Shown piece by piece: positions 42,340 to 56,150 of a stretch of DNA of 64,000 nucleotides. The position numbers and the translations under genes were made by a program. A model generated the notes under the pieces. The model did no database searches, was not told the DNA's origin, and saw only the letters and a program-made list of their open reading frames with translations. The DNA comes from the human T2T-CHM13v2.0 reference genome, Homo sapiens. Positions within the stretch are counted from its first letter, which is position 1, and every line of letters starts with the position of its first letter. The stretch lies in assembly GCF_009914755.1 (NCBI RefSeq), contig NC_060930.1. One strand, given 5' to 3'.

Positions 42340-43945
42340 TTTTAAAATAAAAATGTCCATAATACTACTTAAGTTTATACTGGGATTGAACAAATATGTA
42401 AATATAATGTGGACAATGAAAGTTGGGTTTTTCACTTTTGGAGAAAAAAAGTTACAAATAAGGAAAGGGGGGAGAATAGAATGAACTGTGTGGTATGGTA
42501 TTAAAACTAAAGGTATTAGTATGAATTCATGGTTTATGTATATATATATGTGTATGTGTGTATGTGTATACATATATACACATGTAAATATATGTGTATA
42601 TATGTGTATAGATGTATATGTGTATACATATGTATGTATGTGTATATATACGTATATTTACATATGTAAATATACGTGTATATATGTGTATATGTGTATA
42701 TGTGTATACATATGTATATATGTGTATACATATGTAAATATATGTATGTAAGTATATATATATATGGATAGACAAAGATATATAGGTATGTGCTTATGCA
42801 CAGATTAATATACAAACATATTTCCTAGCTCTGTCTGCTGAAAAAACCTAGAAACGACAAACTGGTAGCAATTAGCATACCTAGAGCCAAGATATTGGTT
42901 CTAAATATGATTCTCTGATAAAAAGAATAACAACTTCTTGGAGAAATTGTTGATTTAGGGCTCTGGCAGGGAAGATGTAAGATAAGCCCAGAACATCTTG
43001 TGGTGCCAAAAAATAAAGACATGTTTGAAAAATGATAGAGCCATGTCAGAAGAACAGAGGAGCCAATTTGTAAGAATTCCCAATGGCCAAAGCTGGAACA
43101 ATTTGAGTGACAAAATAAATAATGATAATATCAGATTATAACCCATGAAATAAACTAAATATCTAAAAGTCTATACTTATATCAATCAATCAATAGGGAA
43201 GAAAAAGATACTCCTCCTTACAATAGAACTTCATTTCACAGACATAAAAGAAATGAGGGACACATAAAATGACCATTAGGCAAACACAAGAACAACCCCA
43301 GAATGATAAAATTATTGGGCAAAACCATGAAAAGAAAATGAGATGAATATTTGCATAGCATTAAAGTATCTTCCCACAAGATATTTATTAATTGAAAAGA
43401 GAACATCCTAATTTTACTCTGGAGAAACACAGCAAACACCACCTTTATATAGTATTGAAAGTTAACATCATCAGTTATAAGACAGCAGCATCGTGTATGT
43501 CTTGGTGTGTTACACTGAGGACACAGTATCATTCCTGCATTCATACCAGAAATGCATCATCTCAATCTAATGCTGAGAAAATAACACACAAATGCAAAAT
43601 AAGGGACAGTTTACAAAATGACCCAGGAGCACTCTTCAAAAGTATCAAGGCCATGAAAACACAAGGAGAGAGAAATTGTCACAGGTGAAAGGAGATTAGG
43701 AGATATGACAATTAAATACCATATAGTCCAGGATCCAAACAGACACTAGTGAAAAAACTGGTGAAATGTGAAGGTTTGTGAAGTAATTAATTGTGTCTCA
43801 TCAATATTGATTTCCTCCTTTCCATAATTGTGTTGTGGTTATATAGGATGTCTATGTAAGTGGAAGGTAGGTGAAGATAGACAGGAATTCTCTGGAATAT
43901 TTTTGCAACTGTTTTCTAAGCCTAAAATTATTTCAATTTTAAAAG
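42340..43945 (+). mobile_element. L1MC/L1MD-type 3' UTR
   Basis: tttcctagctctgtctgctga...cccagaacatcttgtggtgcca...ttcccaatggccaaagctggaacaatttgag...tttgcaactgttttctaagcctaaaattatttc. Confidence 0.75.
42535..42770. repeat. (TA/TG/CA) alternating purine-pyrimidine low-complexity tract
   Basis: Direct reading. Confidence 0.9.
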
Positions 43946-44067
43946 CGCAAAAAGGATTGAGTTGTAATAATTTGCAGATTTTAATCAATAACATTTATTT
44001 CACAAGTACTGATTGAATGACTTCCCTCTGCTAGGCACTGTACTAAGAGACATCTAAAGATGCACAA

Positions 44068-44068
<1 letters not shown>

Positions 44069-44108
<40 letters not shown>
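44069..44108. repeat. Perfect (AC)20 microsatellite
   Basis: Direct reading. Confidence 0.97.
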
Positions 44109-44111
<3 letters not shown>

Positions 44112-44249
44112 TCCAGTTATTTTAAGCAATTCTTAATCACTAATATTAAGACAAGCATTCTTATTTTTCCAGAAATGAGAACCAAACATCTCTAATTATA
44201 ATGGTGGTCTTATGACAAGAGTAATTAAGATTAAACATACATCAAATTA

Positions 44250-46372
44250 TCTATAAATTTGATGTAATTCCAACTTTAAAATCCTCACCAAATTATATAG
44301 GCCTTCATAAATGGATTCTGAAGTTCATTTGGAAGATAAAATATGTTAAGAATAGCTAAAGGAATTTTAATAACTGGCCCTAGGAAATATCAGAGCATAC
44401 TTGAAATCTATAGCTATTAAAATGGTAACATAGGAGCACAAGCAGACATCAATGGAACATGATGAAGGGCCAGAAACAGACTTATCTCTCTATGATAATT
44501 TAGTAGAGGATATTGATGATAATTTCATCTAGTGAAGAAACAGTTTGCTATTCAATAAATGGTATTGGCATAATTTGAATCCTTTGGGAAAAAATTAAGG
44601 TCATTTATTTACTCAACAGATATTTAAATGCTCACATGTTTTGGAAACAGGAATTTGATCTCTAACCAACTCCATGTACAAAAATAAATATCCAATATCA
44701 TAAAGAGCTAAGTCATTTTTTAATCTATAAAATGTATTAAGATAAAACACGGAAGAACTTTTTTTTAAAATAATTTTAACTTTTATTTTAGATTCTGGGG
44801 GTTCATGCACAGATTTCTTACCTGGGTATATTGTGTGATGCTGAGCTTTGGAGTTCAACTGATTTCATCACCCAGGTAATGAGCATAGTATCCAACAGTT
44901 AGTTTTTCAACCCTTTCCCCCACCTTCCCTCCTCTATTGGTCCCCAGTGTCTATTGTTGTCATCGTTATGTCCCCAAGTACTCAATGTTTAGCTCCCATT
45001 TATAAGTGAGAGCATGCAGTATTTTGTTTTCTTTTCCTGGCTTAGCTTGCTTAGGATAATGGCCTCCAGCTGCATCCATGTTGCTGCAAAGTACATTATG
45101 TCATTCATTTTTCATGGCTGCATAGTATTCCATAGCGTCTATTACCACATTTTCTTTATCCAGTCCACCACTGATGGGTACCTACATTGATTCCACGTTT
45201 TTGCTATTATAAATAGTGCTGTAACGAACATATGAGTGTGTATGTCTTTTTGGTAGAACAAATTATTTTCTTTTGGATATATACTCAGTAATGGGAATGC
45301 TGGGTAGAATGATAGTTTCATTTCAAGTTCTTTGAGTAATCTCCAAACTGCTTTTCATGGTGGCTGAATTAATTTACATTCTCACCAACAGTGTATAAGA
45401 GTCCCCTTTTCTCTGCAGCCGTTCCAGCATTGTTGTTTTCTGACTTTTTAATAATAACTAGAGGATAGTTTTTATCATCCTGAGTTGGGAAAGCGCTTTC
45501 TACCTAGCATTAAAAAATCTGCAAGGTCTAAGGAGAAAAACTGAAAAATGTAATTTCATAAAATTTTAAATGTTTACAGATAAAATATACCATAAACAAA
45601 TTAGAAGATGTGGAACAGGCTGACAGCATTTAAATGTGTATAAAAGATCGATTAGAATATAAAATAAATAAAAAGTTTCTATAAATAAAAAGACAGAAAA
45701 ATGGGGAAAGAATATAAACTGGCAATTTATCAAAAAAAAGTCAATGGGAAATGTATATACTCAACCTCTTAATAAAGAAATAAATACAAATTAAAACAAT
45801 ACTGAGATGCTTTCACCAAATTGGCAAAAGTGTTTGAAGATTATTCCTACTCAGGGTTGATGATTGTATGAACATGAAATCAAAAACTCAGATTGTTGCT
45901 GTAGATGAGATGCACATAACTTTTGACCAAAGAACTTGATTTCTATGAACCTACCAAAATACTCAAATGTGTACAAAAGAAGCATGTACAGGAAAGGTCA
46001 TTTGAACTGTTTGTAACAGCAAATTACTGGAAACAGCATTAATATTCCTTAAAAGGAGAATGGTTAATAAAAAGCTACAGAACATTCAGGCATTGAAATA
46101 CGTTTCAGTTATTAAAAAAAGAATGAGATAGTGTTACATGTATAGATATGGAAAGATCTTCAATATATTTTGCTGTGTGTGTAACAAACAAGTTGCATAT
46201 CAGTTGATAGAGTATGATTACATACATATATTTGCATGCATACATAGATACAGACAAAGGAGAATTTACATACTTTAATTTAGATTTGTTTCATGTAATT
46301 CTTGGTTTGAATTTTTACATTGGGAATATATTCATTTATGATATATGGAACTAAAAATATAAAGTAAAAAAT
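44250..46372 (+). mobile_element. Old L1ME ORF2/3' remnant, split by a younger antisense L1
   Basis: attctgaagttcatttggaa...ccagaaacagac...ttcaataaatggtattgg...caaattaaaacaatactgagatg...ttttgacc. Confidence 0.65.
44759..45460 (-). mobile_element. L1PA15/16-like 3' end
   Basis: ttttaacttttattttagattc...agctcccatttataagtgagagcatgcagtattt...ggcctccagctgcatccatgttgctgcaaa. Confidence 0.88.
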
Positions 46373-47039
46373 AAGCTTCTGTATGATTTAGAGCAGCTTT
46401 ATGTAAATATAGCTGTTCGGTTCAACTTTTAAGATCAACCTTAAAAGGGGGAAAAATGGGCTAAAAGTAGAATATGCAACCAAAAATATGTATTCCTTGG
46501 TTTAATCCAGGATTAAACTAATCTTAGATTTAATCTAAGATTAAATTAAGGAAAAGGTTCTTTTGGTAAAGCTTGAAAATATGAATGAACACAGTTCATT
46601 GAGCTATATAGGTCAGGTAAATTGATGGAAGGAATATCTATATAATTTTATGTTGGAAGGCAAAATAGGGAGGAAGAGGCCAGTGGTCCACACAGCTCCC
46701 ATTAATAGCCTAGCTGTTCACATGGTGTGTTCTGTGGACTCACACAGCCACACTCCTAGAGTTCACTAAATTGGAATGGTAAAAGCAAAACAAATTTAAT
46801 TATGTGAATGCATTTCTTGTACACATGGAAGTAAATATTAGACTAAATTAAGAAGCAAGATATCAGTTCTACAAAGCCAGGTGTAAATAAACTATTAAGT
46901 AACATGAAAATTAGAGAGTAAGACTGCAGAACCAACACAAAACTAGAGGAAATACTTGAGAAGCAGTGGATGATGATGAAGCTATGATCGCACCATTTAA
47001 AAGCAAGCCTTTGAATTCCATAAGAAGACCCATGGGGGG

Positions 47040-47825
47040 AAGTCTAGAAACAGAATTCTCCAGCCATCCACCCATTGCTCAAACCAGAAACTGGGGATCA
47101 TATTTTCTATTTCCCTTCCCTCTCCCTCACATCTTATCCAATAATTCAACTTCCAAAACATCTCTCCAGTCATTCTACTGAGTTCTACCTTCCATGCTTG
47201 GTCCCACCACTGACACGTCTCACCAGGACAACCACAATGACCTCCCAACCTTCTCTCAGCCTTCACTTCTTTCCCCACGGCCCATCCACATAACAACCAC
47301 AGCGATCTTTTAAAAATTTAAATAGCCTTGTCCATTTCTGTTTAAGGGAATCGTGCTGCCTTGACCCTCAAGACAGCAGTTCTCGCCCAGACACACTCTC
47401 ATTCTCCACCTTCTTCGTCAGTTGCTCTCCTTACTTTCCAAGCCAGCGCTGCTTCCTTTCCCTGTCCGCTTCCTTCCTCAGAGACTTCATGCTCACTTTC
47501 CCCAGATTTTTACTGCATTGATTCCTTCTCATCATTCATGCCTCAATTTAAATATTTATCAGTGACTGCTTCCCTGATCACACAATCTAAAATAGCCCCA
47601 TTTCCATCATTTTGATCCCTGATCTTTCCCTTTATAGCACTTACAGACATGTATAGTTATATATTCACTTGAGTGTATGCTTGTTTAATGACCCCTCCCC
47701 CAACCCCCACTTTCCCGTATAGACTGAAGGGAGGCAGGAACCGTGCCTGTCTCGTCTTCTATTATGTTTCCAGTGCTGAGCCTTGTATCTGGCATGCAGT
47801 AGGTGTTCAATGAATGAATGAGTAA
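47040..47825 (+). mobile_element. L2 3' region
   Basis: ttgctcaaaccagaaactgggg...ggcatgcagtaggtgttcaatgaatgaatg. Confidence 0.7.
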
Positions 47826-48264
47826 ACAAGCCAGAATAATCGGACCCAGAAATATGCTGAAGGGATATAAATGCCTAGCAAGAAGAAGGTTAGTAGGAAT
47901 AACTATTATTTGTGTGATTTCAAGATACTAATGATGATATAGGGATAGATATAGGGCCCTTTTGGGAAGCCAAATGGCTGCACAAACAGTGTGGTAGGAA
48001 CACAGTGTGGCCACTGTGTCTGCGCTGCACTGATTGGATCTAAGGATAATTTTGTAAACGCACCCATGGTGATTAGCAATTGGCTCATACTGAATAAACT
48101 CCTGACAGATTTATGTGTGCACTGCAATGCCAACTTATTAATTCATAATAATAATATAACAAGTCAACATGCAGCTCAATCACCACCTATAGGAGAGAGA
48201 CAGGTAGCTAAATTATATCCAAATGATTAACTGCTCAGAAAAGATTCCTGGTCACAGATTACTA

Positions 48265-49535
48265 TGCAGCTGAGATACCATCACCTTAGTCTAAGCTACC
48301 GTTGTCTTATGTCTGGTTTCTTGCAACAGCCTCCTGACTGTTCTCTGCACTGCCTGCCTCTCAAATCCATAAGGCACCCAGCAACAAAAGTGTTCCTTTT
48401 AAAACGCAAATCCAATCAGGTCCCTCCTCTATTCAAAACCCTTCAGTAGCTCCCCATTATATGAGAAGGAGCTCCAGCCCTGACTTGTGGTTTGTAAGGT
48501 TTGGTATGATCAGGCCCCTGCCTCCTCTCCAGCCTCATCAAGTGCCCCTCTCCCCAGCACTCCAGACTCCCCAACACAGAGGTGTGCGTTCAGATTTGAG
48601 AGTCTGACTATAGAAATGGGCAATGGCTAGATCATAAATAAAAACAGAATTCTGACCCTCAACCTGCAGCAACCAGCCCAGGAAGCCAGCCCATTATCCA
48701 GAGGAACCAACCAAGGAAGCCAGCCTGCTCTCTAGAAGCTAGACTTGTAGGAAGCCAGACCACTGTCTCTAGCAACTGATCCAGGAAGACAGAAAAGAAC
48801 ACCTCAATAACAGGACCAAAGTGGCCAGGACTTGACTGATGAGTAACTGACAGCTTCCCTAATTTTTGGCCCTACTTCCAACAGAAGAACAACCAGAGAA
48901 AGCCAAGTATGCACCTGATGCCCCACTTCCAGTGAGCCGCCTCCAGCTTCCCACGCCAACAGCTTCCAATCAGCACACTTTCGGAGCCTTCCCTTTTCTC
49001 CACTATGAAAGCTTCCCCACTCCTCTGACTGCCTTTGAGCCTCTGCCAAAACTCAAGTGATGGTAGCCGACTCCCTGCTACCGCAAGCTTGGAATAAACA
49101 GCCTTTGCTTTTCTCATCTGCTTTGTCTTCGTTTATTTCCACAAGATCCTTCACAGTGAGAAGCTGCTTCCTCCCTTGGAGCCTTTCTAACCCTGCACCC
49201 TCTGCCTGGAATGCTTCCTCCACCCTCCACGTGGTCAAACCTCTCCCTGTTTTCCAGATTTCAACTTGTGAATTGAAGACACCTTCTCTAACCACTCTGT
49301 AACCACTCCCTTCTCAGCCTCTTTTTTGGTTCCCTTACAGTGCGTGCCACAACTTGCAATCATTTCGTTTATTTTTTTGGTTTGCCTCTTTTCTACCTAT
49401 CATCACCACTAGAATGAAAGCTTCATGAGGGTAGGGCTTCACTTCTGTTCAATCGGATCCTGAGGACCTAGAATAGAACCTTACAAACAGCAGGTACTGC
49501 AGAACTATGTTGAAAGATTGACAGGGTGAATAAAT
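48265..49535 (+). mobile_element. L2 fragments flanking an ERV LTR
   Basis: gcaacagcctcctgactg...ttcaaaacccttcagtagctcccc; ctctgcctggaatgcttc...ctagaatgaaagcttcatgaggg. Confidence 0.6.
48606..49143 (+). mobile_element. ERV1-class solo LTR (MER89-like, name uncertain)
   Basis: Repeated caggaagccag motifs, ccaatcagca, aataaa, ...ttatttccaca end; inserted within L2. Confidence 0.55.
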
Positions 49536-49993
49536 GATTGCATGCCTAAGGTAAATGCAGACTCAGTGGAAAAAACAATTGTGGCCAGCAACCCATTGAA
49601 AAAACCGGATTTTGAATGAGTCCACAGTGCTGCAGATTTGCTGATCTCCTTTGTGGACCGGGTGCAGGGTTGGGAGTTGGCTTCCTGTTGATCCCCTGTG
49701 ATATACAACGCTCCATATCAGAGCAGTGGATGACGAACAGACATGGCCCCAGGATGCAGGGCTGAGTCTCAAAGTCTCATAAAGTCTCCAAACTGAGCAT
49801 TTGGGTTACACAAGTTCTCTGGCCATCAAATGTTAGCCCTCCAGGCCTTCACAGAATCCAGACCTCAATGTCAGCTTCATCTATCCAAACTGCTGAGAGA
49901 AGAGGTGGAATTTCACGGCTTAATAAGCCACAGGCCTTGTCCTTGAAGGACTTATCAAATCTAATCATTGGCCACAATTTCTTTGCAGCCAAG

Positions 49994-50699
<706 letters not shown>

Positions 50700-51169
50700 T
50701 CAAGGTTTCAATGTTAAATCCCTCATTTTTTTTAAGTGAGTAAGATTATGACGTTCTCTGCTTAACACCCTCTGGGGCTGGCCATCACTCTCAGTTTAAA
50801 TTTGCAGTCCCCTATCACGACTGGAAATGGCACAGCCTGATGTGACTCAGAAGACACCTCTCTGGCCTGATCTCCTGCTGCCATACTTGTCACTATTGTA
50901 CAGGGAGCACCTCAGCTGTCCCAGTCACCATCCTGCCTCAAAGCCTTGCAAGTTTCCTCCCTTTGCCTGGATGTCTTCTCTCTATGCCTATGGCTAACTC
51001 CTTCTAGAATTCAAGCCTCAGCTTAAATGTTTCCTCCCTTAAATGAGGGTTAGCTACTATGCTGCATAAAGTGACTCTCTTTAACTCTTGATCACATCAC
51101 CTACTGTCTCCTTCATCACCACATCACTATTTGTAACCACTGTTCATATAACTTGCCTAAAATTTAATT

Positions 51170-51232
51170 GGTGATTCTCAACCCGGGGCAAGTTTGGCCT
51201 CAGGTGACATTTGGCAATGTCTGGAGACTTTT
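51170..51232 (+). mobile_element. MER20 5' fragment
   Basis: ttctcaacc...gacatttggcaatgtctggagac. Confidence 0.65.
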
Positions 51233-51239
51233 TAAAAAA

Positions 51240-52797
51240 CATACTATATTTATTCATTTATTTATTAAATATGAATTTTATTTTCTAGAGCAGTTTTAAG
51301 TTTTTAGCAAAATTAAGCAGAGGGTACAGAGAGTTCCTGTAGACCCTCTGCCCCCACACATGCTCAGTGCCCACCATTTTCAGCATCCCCCACCTGCGTG
51401 GTACATTTTTTTTACAATCAATGAGCCTGTGATGACACATCATTATCACCCAGAGTCAACAGTTTTCATCAAAGTTTCCTCCTGGTTTTGTACATTCTGT
51501 GTTTTTTGACGAGTCTAATGACATGTATCTAGCATTGTAGTATCATACAGAATAGTTTCACTGCCCTAAGAAGAATCCTATGTGGTCCACCCATTCATCC
51601 TTCTCTCCCCCACCAACCTCTGGTAATGACAGAAATTTTTACTGTCGCCATAGTTTTGCTTTTTCAGAATGTCATGGATTTGGAATCATACAGTATGCAG
51701 CCATTTCCAATTGGTTTCTGTGATGGTTAATTTTAGCCGTCAACTCAACTGGATTAAGGGGTACTCAGATAGCTGATAAAGCATTATTTCTGGGTATGTC
51801 TGTGAAGATGTTTCCAGAAGAGGTTGGCATTTGAGTCAGTAGACTAAGGGAGATCTGCCCTCACCAATGTGGGCAGTGCTCAGATAGGACAAGCAGGCAG
51901 AGGGAAGGTGAATTCTCTCTCTCTCTCTCTCTCTCTGTCTCTCCTGGAGCTGGGGCACCCTCCTCCTGCCCTTGGACATCAGAATTCCAGGTTCTATAGT
52001 CTTTAGACTTAAGGACTTGCATCAGCAATCCTTCAGTTTTCAGGCCTTTGGCCTCTAACAGAGTTATGCCATCAAACTCCTTGGTTCTGAGGCCTTTGGA
52101 CCTGGACTGAGCCATGCTATCAGCTTCCCTGGTTCTCCAGCTTATAAATGGCCTATTGTGGGATTTCTCAGTCACCATAATTATGCAAGCCAATTTTCAT
52201 AGTAAATCCCCTATTATCTATCTAGCTGTCTGTCTGTCTATCTGTCTATCCCATTCATATAATCTATTATCTATATATTCATCCATCTATCCATCCCATC
52301 CATCCCATCCATCGAATCTATCTATCTATCTATCTCTAATTCATCTAATCTATTTATCTATCTATGTATCTAATCAATCTAATCTATCTAATCTATCTAT
52401 TCCATTCATCTAATCTATTACCTATCTATCTATCTAATCTATCTATTCCATTCATCTAATCTATTATCTATCTACCTATCTAACTATCTCATCCATCGAA
52501 TCTATTATCGATCTATCTCCTGTTTGTTGTCTCTCTGGAGAACCCTAATACAGCTTCTTTCACTTAGTAATATGCATTTAAGTTTCTTTCATGTCTTTTA
52601 GTGACTTGATGCCTTATTTCTATTTAGCTGTGAATAATACTCCATTGTCTGGTTGTACCACAGTTCATTTATCCTGAACCAAAGAACATCTAAGTTGCTT
52701 CCAAGTTTTAACAATTATGTATAAAGCTGCTAGAAGCATCCTATGCAGGTTTTTGTGTAGACATGTTTTCAACTCACTTGGGTGAATATCAAGGAGT
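51240..52797 (-). mobile_element. L1MB/MC 3' end, split by MLT2B
   Basis: gagcagttttaag...gtacagagagttcc...acacatcattatcacccagagtc; resumes cttctttcacttagtaatatgcatttaag. Confidence 0.85.
51719..52552 (+). mobile_element. MLT2B ERVL solo LTR with (TCTA)n expansion (52215-52518)
   Basis: tgtgatggttaatt...ctggattaaggg...ctctggagaaccctaataca; TSD gtttc/gcttc. Confidence 0.9.
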
Positions 52798-52932
52798 GTG
52801 ATATAGTTTGGATGTCTGTCCGCTCTGACTCTCATGTTGAAATGTGATCTTGAGATCAGACCTAGTGGGAGGTGTTTGGGTCATGGGGGTGGATCCCTCA
52901 TGAATGGCTTGGTGTCCTCCCCAGGGTAATGA
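52798..52932 (+). mobile_element. MSTA/B LTR 5' fragment
   Basis: tgatatagtttggatgt...tctcatgttgaaatgt...gggtcatgggggtggatccctcatgaatggcttgg. Confidence 0.8.
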
Positions 52933-53086
52933 GTGTGGAGTCCTGAACAGCAGGTGAGGAACGTGTAAGAACGTGGAGTGATTCGCAGAGTCAAATGAAG
53001 CCTGAGAGCCAACCAATGTATTTCACAATGTAGAGGCCACTGATGACCTCAGTAAGAGGGGGCTGGGGATGAAATCCTATTTGGAT

Positions 53087-53432
53087 GGTATCTTAGTCTG
53101 TTTTGTGTTGTTACAACAGAATACCACAGACTGGGGGATTTCTAAAGAATTTATTTCTCACAGTTTTGGAGGCTGGAAAGTTCAGTATCAATGTACTGGC
53201 ATCTGGTGAGGGCCTTCTTGCTGCATCATCCTATGGTGGAAGGCAAGAGGGTGAGAGCAGGTGAGAGAGAGAGATTGAACTTGCAGCCCCAAGCCCTTTT
53301 ATGATTGGCATTAAGCCATTCATAAGGATGGAGCCCTCATGACTTACACACTTCCCTTTAGGCCTCACCTCTCAGTACTGTTGCATTGAGATTGAGTTTC
53401 CTGCACATGCTTGTGGAGAGACACATTTAAAT
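53087..53432 (-). mobile_element. MSTC/MSTD-like MaLR LTR
   Basis: tcttagtctgttttgtgttgttacaacagaataccacagactgg...gagccctcatgact. Confidence 0.85.
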
Positions 53433-54459
53433 GACAACAGACGGGTTAAAGAGGGAACTAGGGGAGGAATGAAAGACAGAGAGTAATAATAACTCAAAGA
53501 GTTTTGCTGCCAAAGGGAGCAAACAAATGGGGCAAGTGATGTGAGTGGACGTCAAGAGAAGGCTTTTGTTAGGCAACAGAAATAACGCAAAATAACCCAG
53601 AAGAAGGGGGAAACGATGGAGGAGAGAGAAGGGAGAGAACTGCAGGAGTAGATCAGAGCAGATGGGATTTAGTGTAGGAGAAGAAAGGAGCTTGGCTAGC
53701 TCAGCCATGGTAAAGGGCAGTCACAACATGTGGAAATGTGCTGTCTATGAATTCTACATGCTCACATGACAGACTGCAAAAGAGCTGACTGCCTGCATGG
53801 GGCCAGAACAGTCAGAAGCAAATGTTACTGTGGACCTTGTCCCTTGGACATCAAATGCTCCTTTGTCAATATGGTCAGGGATCCGTTCTGTAGGTGCCCT
53901 TTTCCTTCACAAGGAGGCAGAGACCACATCTCTTTCTACCTCGGCTCCCCCAGACAGACAGTGGCATTTGAAACAATCACCTTGTCCCTGTCTGTGTTTG
54001 GCTTCTAACTGCTCTATTCCATTTCCATGCTGCCAAGCTCCTGCCCTTTGCCTTCATCTCATATTTTGGTCTTTTTCTGGCCTCTTAGAATTGGTACTTG
54101 GATTCTGGTTTCTGGCTGGATTTCAGTATTCACTACTAACTTGGTTAGGACTTTCCCCCAGAGCTCCTGGCTGCCTTGAGCTGCATGCCCCGCTCTATTT
54201 CCAGCTCTTTGAGGCCCAGTCCCTGACCCTGGCTCGCCTGGCTAATGCCCTAGGCTGGATCCTCCATCAGCCCTCAAAAGGAAATTGATGTGTCCAGAGA
54301 CAGCTCAAGTTTTGTGGTGAGACACAAATTCAAAATAGCAAAGTGAATTACCATTGATACATATTTATATATGAATTTTTGCATAATGCAGCCCAGATTC
54401 ATATGTCAATAATAGCTGGAAGTATCCTATTGATGCAACAAATCATATGAGATGCTTTA

Positions 54460-55005
54460 ATAGGTAGAAGTCTAAGATAGCCCCCCAAATTTCCTTTCCC
54501 TCCATCCTCCATATGTACCTCCTATGTAATCCTGTGAATGTGATGGAATTTACTCCTGTGATTAGGTTAGGATATGTGACGCAGTTGCCTTTAAGAAGGG
54601 AAATTGTCCAAGTGGCATTGACCTAGTCACATAAGTCCTTTAAAAAAGAGTGTTCTCCAGTGTCCTCTCAGAAGAAGCCAGAGATTCAAAACACAGGAAG
54701 GATTCATGGACACGCTGTTGCTGGTTTAGAGATGGAGGGGGTCACATCTCAAGACAGCCTGTGTGTGACCACCAGCTGACAACAGCAAGGAAATGAGAAC
54801 CTCAGTCCAACAACTACAAGGAATTGAATTCTGTCAACAACAAGAACAAGCTTGGAAGGGGATTTTTACCCAAAGCCTACAGATGAGAAGACAATGTGCC
54901 TGACATCTCGATTTCGGCCTTGGGAGGCCCTGAGTAGAGAATCTCATTATGTTGTGCTATACTTTCCACCTGAAGAGCTGTGAGCTAATAAATGGGTGTT
55001 GTTTC
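54460..55005 (+). mobile_element. MLT1D/E MaLR LTR (extreme 3' end missing)
   Basis: ctaagatagccccc...agctgacaacagcaaggaaatgagaacctcagtcc...gagctaataaatgggtgttgttt. Confidence 0.8.
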
Positions 55006-55032
55006 GTATTAGTATTAGAAATGGTGTTGTTC

Positions 55033-55495
55033 TGTATTAGGGTTCTCTAGAGGGACAGAACTAATAGGATATATATATATGATATATATATGATATATGA
55101 TATCCTGTGATTAGGTTAGGATATGTGACACATTTGCCTTTAAGAAGGGAAATTGTCCAAGTGGCATTGACCTAGTCACATAAGTCCTTTAAAAAAGAGT
55201 GTTCTCCAGTGTCCTCTCAGAAGAAGCCAGAGATTCAAAACACAGGAAGTGATATCATATATATATATGATATATATATATGATATCATATATATGATAT
55301 CATATATATATATCATATATATATATGGGAGTTTATTAAGTATTAACTCACACAATAACTAGGTCCCATAATAGGCTATCTGCAAGCCTGAGGAGCAAGA
55401 AGAGCCAGTCCGAGTCTCAAAACTGAAGAACGTGGAGTCTGATGTTTGAGGGCAGGAAGTATCTAGCACCAGAGAAAGATGTAGGCTGGGAGGCC
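55033..55495 (-). mobile_element. MLT2A (ERVL) LTR fragment carrying a captured MLT1 segment
   Basis: tgtattagggttctctagagggacagaactaatagga...gggagtttattaagtattaactcacac...gaaagatgtaggctgggaggc. Confidence 0.9.
55103..55249 (+). repeat. 147-bp direct duplicate of 54554-54700
   Basis: 145/147 identical by manual comparison, offset 549. Confidence 0.95.
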
Positions 55496-55635
55496 TACTC
55501 GTTGGGTCCTGCTCCTCGTTGGGTCATCCATGACTCACCACTTTCCACACAAGGAGCAGACTATCCCCTCACCTGAAACCATCCTCTCCCCACTTTCCTG
55601 ACCCCAGGGCCAGGATGATATTTCCTGAACTCTGA

Positions 55636-56150
<515 letters not shown>

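Noticed and set aside
42488-42815. Y/I/C/H-rich ORFs
   Set aside because: Translation of a TA/TG low-complexity tract within L1.
53797-54288. 163-aa ORF
   Set aside because: No recognisable domain; appears to be pyrimidine-rich non-coding sequence.
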